From NCBI GenBank assembly GCA_000092065.1, contig CP000584.1: 64,000 nucleotides of DNA, one strand, 5' to 3'. The translations under genes and the position numbers were made by a program. The notes beneath the pieces were generated by a model. It was not told where the DNA came from, did no database searches, and worked only from the letters and a program-made list of their open reading frames with translations. Shown here piece after piece: positions 29,992-38,120 of this stretch. The stretch's first letter is position 1. The number at the start of each line of letters is the position of its first letter. Source of the DNA: Ostreococcus lucimarinus (lineage: Eukaryota).

Positions 29992-30582
29992 ATGATGCTC
30001 CGATCGCACGACGACGACGACGACCACGTCCGAAAGACGCTCGACGAGGCCGAAGACGACGCAGTCGAAGAATTTTTCACGCGTTGCCCGCGACTGACGC
30101 CACCGCGCGGACGAGGACGGACTCGCGCGCGCGACCGCGACGGTTGGCCTTCTGGCGCCGCCGCGCGCGCAAAGGGCGCGCGGTGTGCGACACCACACCC
30201 GACGGCGACGGCGTCGAGATTTTCGCACGGTACCGGCGATGAGATCGATTACGACGTCGTGCGCGTGAAGGCGTTCGCGGTGACACCGCCGGGCTGTTCT
30301 CCGCCAACGTCTCGTCGTCGATATCGCTCGGCGTCGTCCGACGACGACAACGACGAGAACCAGAGTCCGAAGGACGAACTTCGACGACTCAAGCGTCGAG
30401 GCGCTGAACGCGCCGAGAGACTGTTACACAGTGTGTCTCCCGTGAGGTTATCGCGAAAGCGACAGGCGCTCGAACAGGTTGAAGAAATTCGACGCCGCCA
30501 AGATAAAGTCATCGACGATATGGGTGTGTTGCTCGCGAAGATGCACTCGCTAAAGGTCGCGTCAAGTCGATCGAGCCCGTGA
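29992..30582 (+). CDS. Hypothetical acidic protein with a coiled-coil C-terminus.
   Basis: Internal ATG of ORF 29866..30582 chosen because the upstream part overlaps the previous gene. Low complexity; weak support. Confidence 0.3.
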   Translation: MMLRSHDDDDDHVRKTLDEAEDDAVEEFFTRCPRLTPPRGRGRTRARDRDGWPSGAAARAKGARCATPHPTATASRFSHGTGDEIDYDVVRVKAFAVTPPGCSPPTSRRRYRSASSDDDNDENQSPKDELRRLKRRGAERAERLLHSVSPVRLSRKRQALEQVEEIRRRQDKVIDDMGVLLAKMHSLKVASSRSSP

Positions 30583-30651
30583 TGCGAGACGATCGACGCG
30601 ATATGATACGAACTGAACTACGTGATTCGATTATATGTACACTTTTGAACT

Positions 30652-31833
30652 CTACCCCGCGAGCGCCTCGTCGTCGGCGACGGTCATGGTCGCGTCCTCG
30701 GGCTCTTGCTTTAAAGTTTTCTTCGCCGTTGCGAGGGTTTTCTTCGCCACCGTGGACAATTGAGACGCCGACGGTTTCCCCGGTCGTTTCTTTGTGCTTT
30801 TCGCTTTCGTTTTCTGCGCCAACGGTGCCTCCGGCTCCATGGGAACGTCGATGACGACTTCAATCTTTGGTTCGATCGGCGCCGCCGCCGCCGCGTCGGG
30901 CTCCTCGGGCGCGGGCTTCGGTTTCGGCGGCAAGGGCGGATACCGCGCGCGCACCTTCTTAAACGCTTCGATCGTCGCGTACGGCATTCCAGTCACGGGA
31001 TCCTTATACTTTGCCGGCAAACCGGTGATGACGCACTTGTCCTTGTGCGCCGGAGTCGGCTTGTTTTGCCGCAACGGTTCGGGCGTCTCGGCGCCGCGCG
31101 CGAGCTCAATCATCGTCGCCCCCTCGTCGACTTTCGCCGAGCTGCGATACACCAACGATGGTCCTTCATACGCGTTCGAGACCGTCGGCGCCTTTTTCTT
31201 CATCTCCGCCTCCAGCGTGAGTAAACGTTCCAAATCAATCAAATTCCAATACTCCGTCTCCTTCGCCTCCTCGAGCAACTCCTCCTGCGTCCACGTCCTG
31301 TGTTCAACCTTTTGCCGCTCTTGCGCCGGTTTCGACGCGCGCTCCGCGCGCATTCGTTCGCTCCGCTCCAAAATCGCTTGCGCCGTCGACCGTTTCGATT
31401 TCCGCATCTCAAAATCCCCTCCCGCCGCCGCCGCCGCCGTCGTCGCCCTCGCCCCCCGCGCGTTCGCGTCGCCGCGCCCGTCCCCCACCGCCGCCGCCTC
31501 CCCCCCCTCGCCCGTCCCTCCTCCCCCCGCCCCTCGCGCATCCTTCCCTCGCCTTTCCGGCGCCTTCAGCGTCCTCTTCGCGCGTTCTCTCGCCACTCGC
31601 ACCTCTCCCTCGCTCTCGCTCGACTCGCTCTCGTCGAAGTCGTCCTCGAACACGTCCTCCGGCTCCTCCTCGCTCTCGTACGCGTCGTCCCCGCTCTCCT
31701 CCGCCAGCGCGTCTTGGTTCCAGAACGCCTCATCCGCGCTGTCCTCGTCCTCGAGCAGCGTCGCGAGCCGTCGTCCGCGCGTCGATCGCGACGGCAGCGC
31801 CGAGACGTACCGCGGCGCGTCCGCCGCGCCCAT
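30652..31833 (-). CDS. VPS72: VPS72/YL1 homologue (SWR1/SRCAP chromatin-remodelling complex subunit).
   Basis: N-terminus with GRRLATLLEDEDSADEAFWNQDALAEESGDDAYESEEEPEDVFEDDFDESESS (YL1 N-domain), the TWTQEELLEEAKETEYWN stretch, and the YL1_C motif CVITGLPAKYKDPVTGMPYATIEAFKKVR. Confidence 0.75.
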   Translation of the reverse strand: MGAADAPRYVSALPSRSTRGRRLATLLEDEDSADEAFWNQDALAEESGDDAYESEEEPEDVFEDDFDESESSESEGEVRVARERAKRTLKAPERRGKDARGAGGGGTGEGGEAAAVGDGRGDANARGARATTAAAAAGGDFEMRKSKRSTAQAILERSERMRAERASKPAQERQKVEHRTWTQEELLEEAKETEYWNLIDLERLLTLEAEMKKKAPTVSNAYEGPSLVYRSSAKVDEGATMIELARGAETPEPLRQNKPTPAHKDKCVITGLPAKYKDPVTGMPYATIEAFKKVRARYPPLPPKPKPAPEEPDAAAAAPIEPKIEVVIDVPMEPEAPLAQKTKAKSTKKRPGKPSASQLSTVAKKTLATAKKTLKQEPEDATMTVADDEALAG

Positions 31834-32063
31834 CGTCGCGCGCGCGTCGCGCGTCGCGCGTCGCGGCGTCGCGTCGCTCGAATCGCCGCGCACGGCGCCG
31901 ATCCGCGCGCACGCGCGCGCGTCGCGAATCCGCGCGTCGCGACGTCGCGTCGCGAATCCGCGTCGTCCAATGCCGCCGACGACGCGCGCGCGACACGACG
32001 GCGCGCGCGCGCGCGCGGACGGGACGCGCGACGGCCGACCGTCGACCGCGTCGACCGCGCGCG

Positions 32064-34577
32064 ATGGCGGACCTCGACGGCGCGCGCGCGGCGCTGCGTC
32101 GCGCGGTCGAGCGGCTCGAGGGCGGCGGCGCGCGCGACGACGGCGGCGCGGACGACGACGGCGGCGCGCGACGACGGCGCGCGGCGTCGCGGCGCGCGCG
32201 CGCGGACGTCGATCTGCACCACGCGTTGGGCGCGCGCGCGGAGCGGGCGATCGAGCGCGAGACGGGGGCGTACGCGAGCGCGGCGAGCGCGGCGAGCGCG
32301 GCGAAGGACGCGAGCGAGGACGCGTACGAGAGCCTGGCGCACGTCGCGCGAGGATGCAGCGCGAGAGCGTTCGTGCGAGGGTTGGGGACGTGGACGACGA
32401 CGCTGAGCGAGCGGGTGAGGGCGAGCGAGCGAGGAGGGGCGAGCGGGGCGACGCGGGCGGCGAGCGAGGCGCTGCGGGAGACGCTGACGCGGGCGGGCGG
32501 ACTGGCGGACGTGCCGGGGGTGAGGAAGGAGTGCTCGAACGCGATCGCGACGGCGTCGAGCGGGATGGTGCGGATGATGACGCAGGGAACGCGCGAGGGG
32601 TTCGAGTTGGCGACGACGTGCGCGAGGTGGCATCCGGGGGCGCTGCGGCCGCACGCGGCGGCGCTGGAGAAGGCGTGCGCGGCGATCGTGAGTTCGAGCG
32701 AGGATGAAGACGCGCGCGGGCGCGCGGTGGTGTGTTTGGCGGCGCTGCCGAGAATCGCGGGCGATGCTGGGGCTTGGAGCGCGCACGCGAGGCGCGTGAT
32801 GTACGCCGCGCACTCGGCGATGCACGACGCGTTCGAAGGCGCCGAGGACGGCGAGCTCAAGCGTCAACTCGACGTTACGCTCGCACCTCCGACCGAAACG
32901 TTGCCGAAACCGTTCACCGAGGGAGGGTGGCCGCTCGGTTCGATCGAGGCTTTGGTTTCAATGTTGGAGTGTCTCGAGGAAATGTGTCGCGCTCGATTTC
33001 CGTGCGCCGTGCCGATGCCCACCGCCGCCGCGGTGACGCTCGTCGCTCGAGCGCTCGCGTGCGATGGCACGCCGGTGGCGTCCATACCGGGGCTTCCACC
33101 GTCTCCGGTGGCGCCAGAGCTCGTCGTCGCGTTGCCGCGCGTGCACATCGCGGCTTTGGGGGTATTAGAGGCGCTACTAGAGACGGCGCGAACCACGGCG
33201 CTGCCGCAGGGAGGTAGAATAGCTAGAGCTCTCGAGGGCGTGCTGCGGGCTAGCGCGCCTTCGCCGAGCGACGTCGAGAATGGGGAACCAATTCGGCATC
33301 GCATGCACGCTCGCGCGTGCGCGCACGACGCCATCGCCATTGCTTCGTACGCGCTCGGCGGGGCGTACGTGAGCGGCGAGCTCGCATCCGCGGTCGCTTC
33401 GTTCGTCATTCAAGATGCGAAACCGTGTGGAACGGGGAAGAGCGCGCTCGCCAGCGGTGGTCAACAAAGCAAAGCGAGTGCGAAGAAACGCAAAAAAGGT
33501 GGCGCGTGGGGTAACGCCACGGCAGAAGGTTTGGACGATCTCACTACGGCTGCGGCTTTGGACGATATGAGCGGCCCCTCGGCGGGGTCGGCGGCTTTGG
33601 AAGCCATCAAGTTGCAAACATCCGCGCTGCGAGCGCTGACTGCGATGCTCACGATCGCCGGCGCCATGCTCGCTCCGGGCATTCGATCGAGAATGGACGT
33701 CACGATCTCACAAGCAATCGCGCAAGTGTGCGATTTGTCCGCGCCGATGGCTGAGGTGGACGACGCGAGCGCCGAACGCCGCGATGCGGCGTTCGACGCT
33801 CTCCTCGCGTCCGTGCTGGCACCTCGACCTTTCCGATCGCCGAATCTACCCTTAGCCGTGGCTGTGTTCGCCAAGGGTTCGTGCGATCCGCAGACGTCGA
33901 AGAAGTGCGCGCAGGCGGCGCTCGCGATTAACGCGTTGTTGCACCCGTCGGCGCCGCCGTTGGCTTCGCAAGCCATTGCGCCGCCTGTCGAGCGCATGGG
34001 TGCCGAAAGTAACGCGATGGCACCACAGTGGGCGTCATTTACATTTGACGCGCACACTGCGGCGAACGTCGGCGCCGCTGACGCGCTGCGAGCGAGCGTT
34101 GGTGATTATTACAAGACGGCGGATGCGCCGACGGCGATAAACGCCGCGGTCAAACAGAATGCCGTGGCGCCTGCACCCGTCGATGATGAGCCCGACGGCG
34201 AGAATGTCGATATGGAAAACAGCGAATTGCCGGCGAATGCAAACGCAACCGTGCAGCCGGCCGAGGTCGAGGCGTTCAAAAACGTCCCCGTCTCCGGATT
34301 CGGAGCGGCCGCCGGCGCGCCGGCGTTCGCCGCGCCAAAGGCAAATGTCGAACCACCGACGGACTTCATCTCCTTCTCCGCACCCGCGAATAAAAAGGCC
34401 AAATCGGACATGTGGGACACCAATCCCGAACCCGTCGGTCTCGGCAGTGGGAAGTCTAAAGTCGTCATGGAGCTCTCCGACGACTCGGACGGAGAACTAC
34501 CCGAAATTCACAGCGGCGACGACGAAGACGAAGAAGACGAAGAAGACGAAGAAGACGAAGGCGAAGAAGACGAATAA
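32064..34577 (+). CDS. Large alanine-rich hypothetical protein with a strongly acidic C-terminal tail ((D/E)n encoded by a (GAAGAC)n repeat), possibly ARM/HEAT-like and Rix1/PELP1-like in architecture.
   Basis: 837-aa ORF. The antisense ORFs are R-rich junk. The C-terminus reads ELSDDSDGELPEIHSGDDEDEEDEEDEEDEGEEDE. Family assignment is speculative. Confidence 0.5.
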   Translation: MADLDGARAALRRAVERLEGGGARDDGGADDDGGARRRRAASRRARADVDLHHALGARAERAIERETGAYASAASAASAAKDASEDAYESLAHVARGCSARAFVRGLGTWTTTLSERVRASERGGASGATRAASEALRETLTRAGGLADVPGVRKECSNAIATASSGMVRMMTQGTREGFELATTCARWHPGALRPHAAALEKACAAIVSSSEDEDARGRAVVCLAALPRIAGDAGAWSAHARRVMYAAHSAMHDAFEGAEDGELKRQLDVTLAPPTETLPKPFTEGGWPLGSIEALVSMLECLEEMCRARFPCAVPMPTAAAVTLVARALACDGTPVASIPGLPPSPVAPELVVALPRVHIAALGVLEALLETARTTALPQGGRIARALEGVLRASAPSPSDVENGEPIRHRMHARACAHDAIAIASYALGGAYVSGELASAVASFVIQDAKPCGTGKSALASGGQQSKASAKKRKKGGAWGNATAEGLDDLTTAAALDDMSGPSAGSAALEAIKLQTSALRALTAMLTIAGAMLAPGIRSRMDVTISQAIAQVCDLSAPMAEVDDASAERRDAAFDALLASVLAPRPFRSPNLPLAVAVFAKGSCDPQTSKKCAQAALAINALLHPSAPPLASQAIAPPVERMGAESNAMAPQWASFTFDAHTAANVGAADALRASVGDYYKTADAPTAINAAVKQNAVAPAPVDDEPDGENVDMENSELPANANATVQPAEVEAFKNVPVSGFGAAAGAPAFAAPKANVEPPTDFISFSAPANKKAKSDMWDTNPEPVGLGSGKSKVVMELSDDSDGELPEIHSGDDEDEEDEEDEEDEGEEDE
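34517..34572 (+). repeat. (GAAGAC/GAAGAA)n coding repeat giving a (D/E)n acidic tail.
   Basis: gacgaagacgaagaagacgaagaagacgaagaagacgaaggcgaagaagacgaa at the 3' end of the 32064..34577 gene. Confidence 0.85.
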
Positions 34578-34723
34578 TATCCCGAACGTCGCACTTGTAA
34601 CCATATCGATTCCTTCCACAACGAAACTCTACAGAAACATTTCACGAAACTCGAAAAGTCAACGCGCCCGAGTTCGCGCGCGCGCGACCGACGAGTCGCG
34701 TCACTCTCCCGCGCGCGTCCACG

Positions 34724-35168
34724 ATGAGTGCCGAGGACGCCGTGAAGGCGATACGCATCAAAACCGGCTCCTTGCGGCGTCTGTTTAAAGAGCGCGCGAT
34801 GTACGCCGAGGAAGTTACGAGCGGCGAGGCGAAAGTCGCCGCGATGAAGCGCGAAAACGTCGACGACGGTGACATCAAGCAGCAGGTGCGCGCCCGAGCG
34901 CGAACGACGCGAGCAACGCGACCTCGATGCGTTTTCGTCGCTCACGGTGACTGACGCGCGATGCGGTCGACGCGCGGGGACGCAGGAGAACGTGCTCGAG
35001 GAGAGTGCCATGATGGTGCAAGACAACGCGACGCGCTTGCACGACGCGCTCGGGTCGTTGCAAGTCACCGTGGAGCATTTCGAGTCAGATGCGATGGTAG
35101 AGGCGAGTGAGGAATATGCGGCGGCGGTGGTGTTGTTGAAGGAGGTCGAGGACGCGCTGAGGAAATGA
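34724..35168 (+). CDS. TBCA: Tubulin-specific chaperone A (tubulin folding cofactor A), two exons: join(34724..34885,34986..35168).
   Basis: Exon 1 (MSAEDAVKAIRIKTGSLRRLFKERAMYAEEV...DIKQQ) and exon 2 (ENVLEESAMMVQDNATRLHDALGSLQ...EEYAAAVVLLKEVEDAL) together reproduce the 108-aa TBCA family. Exon 1 is from ORF 34724 and exon 2 from ORF 34869, in different frames. Confidence 0.8.
34886..34985 (+). other. 100-nt phase-0 spliceosomal intron of TBCA (GTGCGCGC...GTGACTGACG...GACGCAG).
   Basis: Coordinates fixed by residue counting from the ORF-track anchors (DIKQQ ends at 34885; E40 of ORF 34869 starts at 34986). The GT/AG ends and a CTGAC branch ~30 nt upstream of the acceptor are visible in the sequence. 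Confidence 0.75.
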
Positions 35169-35265
35169 AGGGGGCGCGGACGTCGAGCGTCGAGCGCTGA
35201 CGCGGTAGTGCTAACAGTTTGTGATTCTAATGCAACTCTATTGATTCTATGTCTACTGGCGCGCG

Positions 35266-36606
35266 CTACGCAATCGTGAAATCGTCCAATCGCCGACGCG
35301 GACTCGTAGATGAAATCGAGGTGATTTCCACGAGCGGCACGGCGTCGGAATCGTCGCCGCGGCGTTGCGACGTCAACGCTTTCAATTTCAGCTGTTCCCA
35401 CTTGTACTTGTTGTATCCGACCACGCCCACCATGCAAAGTCCGAGGCCGACGACGTTCGCGGATCCGAACTTGTCGCCAAAGAGCAACATCCCACACACG
35501 ATGTTTATGATGTCTTTCAACACTCCTATGAACATCATGGACATCGCGCTCGTCTCGTTGAGCAGCTCGAATTCGGCTAAAGTCAAACAAAACGCCATCG
35601 ACGCCCCGCAGGCGAACACGACCAAGTCGACGAATACGTCGATAGGGCTCGCGAGCCACTTTGAGTGTGGAATCGCGAACCACCACCGCTCTTTCAACGA
35701 AGAGAACGTGAAAACGATGACGAACATTATCGGATAAATCAAGGACACGAACACCACCGGATGACTCACGTGATGCGAATCCTTGATCCCCTTCGCGTGG
35801 TCTCCGGGCTCATCGCGGTCGCGATGCATCACGCGCTGCGAAAAGATCCACCGAAGCGCGCTCATGAGCGCCGCGATGAGACACATGATGAAACCAAACA
35901 CATCAAACTGGGCGTCGCCCTCCACCGACATCACCTGCCCGACGACGACCAGCGTCACCACGCCGCCCAAGAACCACGTCGGCCTTTCAAACCTAAATAA
36001 AAACGCCAACCCAAGCGTGAACACGATCGTGCTCGTCTTCGCCACCGTGTACACCGACACCGTGATGAACGCCAACGACAAATTACTCAGCGCGATGTCC
36101 AACGCCATCGCCGCCCCCACCGGCGCCAAATTTCGCCAGTACACCTCCGACGGCACCTCTTCTCGCTTCCCGCGCGCCTTTTCCGCGTCTTCGAGCACGC
36201 CCGCTCCCAGACACGCCCTCGCCATCGCGTACTGCATCGCAAACTGCATCGAAGTCAGGAATATCGGGCACGGAAACCCTCCTCGCTCGACGCCCAGAAT
36301 CTGTTTGTTGAACAGCGCCAACCCGGTCCCCGTGCTGAACCACACGAGCACCAACAGCGAGCACTTCAGCCCGCGCGCGCGCACGTCGCGCATCGCGCGC
36401 GTCGCGGCGTCTTCCCCGTCGCGTCCATCGCGTCCGCGTCCGCGCTTCGCGCGCATGTACCGACGCACGGCGTTTTGAATCTTCACCACCGCGCGGTGCG
36501 TCGCCCTCGCGCGCTCGCTCGGTCGCGCGTCCTCGCCGTCGCTCGCGCGCGCGCGGCTCGCGGCGTCGCGCGCGCCGCGCGATGCGCTCGGCGAGAGCGT
36601 CTGCAT
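35266..36606 (-). CDS. TPT-domain solute carrier (triose-phosphate / nucleotide-sugar transporter, SLC35-like) with an N-terminal IQ-like calmodulin-binding motif.
   Basis: ORF 35266..37008 trimmed to MQTLSPSAS (36606). About 10 TM helices typical of the TPT/NST family (LLVLVWFSTGTGLALFNK...; ...MSMMFIGVLKDIINIVCGMLLFGDK). IQ-like AVVKIQNAVRRYMRAKRGR upstream of TM1. Confidence 0.7.
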   Translation of the reverse strand: MQTLSPSASRGARDAASRARASDGEDARPSERARATHRAVVKIQNAVRRYMRAKRGRGRDGRDGEDAATRAMRDVRARGLKCSLLVLVWFSTGTGLALFNKQILGVERGGFPCPIFLTSMQFAMQYAMARACLGAGVLEDAEKARGKREEVPSEVYWRNLAPVGAAMALDIALSNLSLAFITVSVYTVAKTSTIVFTLGLAFLFRFERPTWFLGGVVTLVVVGQVMSVEGDAQFDVFGFIMCLIAALMSALRWIFSQRVMHRDRDEPGDHAKGIKDSHHVSHPVVFVSLIYPIMFVIVFTFSSLKERWWFAIPHSKWLASPIDVFVDLVVFACGASMAFCLTLAEFELLNETSAMSMMFIGVLKDIINIVCGMLLFGDKFGSANVVGLGLCMVGVVGYNKYKWEQLKLKALTSQRRGDDSDAVPLVEITSISSTSPRRRLDDFTIA

Positions 36607-36960
36607 CGCGCGCGGCGCGACGCACCGACGCGCGCGCGATGTGACGCGCGCGAGCGACGCGCGGGACTTCGCGACGCGATGCACCGACGGCGCGCGAGCA
36701 ACTGTCGCATCGTCGTCCCGGGCGCGGACGACGACGCGCGCGAACGCGACGCCGATGACGCCGGCGACGTCGGCGGCGGCGGCGGCGGCGCGCGCGGTGA
36801 GGGAGGCGAACACATGTGCGTGCGCGGGAGACGATGACTTTTCGAGACGACGACGACGACGACGACGGAAGAACGGCGGAAGCGCGCGCGAGAGACGAAC
36901 GACTGACCCAACGCGCGCGCGCGCGCGTCGTCGCGCAGCACGGGGTCGGGGACGCTCACG

Positions 36961-38004
36961 ATGGATGAGTTTCGGTTGAACAAGCTCGGACTCGGGGTGT
37001 CGGCGCAAAACTTGCGAGCGCTCGGCGACGACGGCGGACCGAGCGCGTCGGCGTCGACGAGCGAGGTGAGGGAAGCGAACGAACAGGATGAGTTTATATT
37101 AGGCGTGGCGGATCTGGACATCGTGGGGGTGATCGGGACGGGGTCGGGAGGGGTGGTGCGGTTGGCGAAGCATAAGCGAACGGACGAGGCGCTGGCGGTG
37201 AAGAATATCGCGATTTCACTCGCGAGGGACGACGATGGGCGAAAACGCATCATCACCGAGCTTCGTACGTTGCACAAGAGCTCGTGCGAGTACATCGTTC
37301 GTAGTCTAGGGGCATTTTTCGATCAGGGGAGCGTCAACTTGGTGATGGAGTACATGGAGGCGGGCACGATGAGCGACGCAACCAAGTATCTCGGACCGTG
37401 GGGAGAGGACGATTTAGCCGCGGCGACGGCGATGTTAGCGGATGGATTACATTATTTACACACGAAATTGAGTGTCGTCCATCGAGACATCAAACCGTGT
37501 AACGTCCTGCTCAATTTACGCGGCGAGGCGAAACTGAGCGATTTCGGCGTGAGCGGACATCTCGTCGACGCGAGTAAATGTCACTCGTGGGTGGGAACGG
37601 TTACGTACATGTCACCCGAGCGTATTCAGGGTGAGTCATACGAGTTCACCGCGGACGTGTGGAGTTTCGCTCTCACTGTCATGGAGTGCGCGCTCGGTCG
37701 GTTTCCGTACAATTCGCCCGACGTCGCGAGGCGGTATAGCTTTTGGGATCTACTCGATGTCGTCGTCAAAGAGCCCGTGCCTTGTCTTCGACCCGAGCTC
37801 AACGTTTCGGAGGAATTCGACAATTTCGTCGCCTTGGGCTTGAACAAAGACCCTAGCGGTCGCATGTTGGCGAGAAACATGATCGCGCACCCGTGGATTT
37901 TCGGCCGCGACAGGCGCGAAGACAAGCGTAAAATCGCCGCGCTCTCTCGCAGCGCGCTCGAAGCGCGCACGACCGCGAACGCCGCGCGTGATTCGTCCAG
38001 TTAG
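36961..38004 (+). CDS. MAP kinase kinase (MEK/MKK-type dual-specificity kinase).
   Basis: Kinase subdomains GVIGTGSGGVV, AVKNI, HRDIKPCNVLLN, the activation loop LSDFGVSGHLVDASKCHSWVGTVTYMSPER (S/T-x5-S/T-like), and DVWSFAL. Confidence 0.85.
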   Translation: MDEFRLNKLGLGVSAQNLRALGDDGGPSASASTSEVREANEQDEFILGVADLDIVGVIGTGSGGVVRLAKHKRTDEALAVKNIAISLARDDDGRKRIITELRTLHKSSCEYIVRSLGAFFDQGSVNLVMEYMEAGTMSDATKYLGPWGEDDLAAATAMLADGLHYLHTKLSVVHRDIKPCNVLLNLRGEAKLSDFGVSGHLVDASKCHSWVGTVTYMSPERIQGESYEFTADVWSFALTVMECALGRFPYNSPDVARRYSFWDLLDVVVKEPVPCLRPELNVSEEFDNFVALGLNKDPSGRMLARNMIAHPWIFGRDRREDKRKIAALSRSALEARTTANAARDSSS

Positions 38005-38120
38005 CCGTCGAACGCGGCGTCATCTTTTGTAACTCACCGCTCGCGCATCGCTCGTTTCACTCATTCGCGCGTCGCTCGCGTGGCGTCGCCTGAAATACCG
38101 GTACTCTGCGGCGCGCAGCG

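Noticed and set aside
31566-32867. 433-aa and 376-aa minus-strand ORFs antisense to the 32064..34577 gene, and the 31300..32707 plus-strand ORFs.
   Set aside because: Poly-Arg/Ala/Ser low complexity, with no globular segments. The sense-strand genes (VPS72; the Ala-rich protein) have mixed composition and homology.
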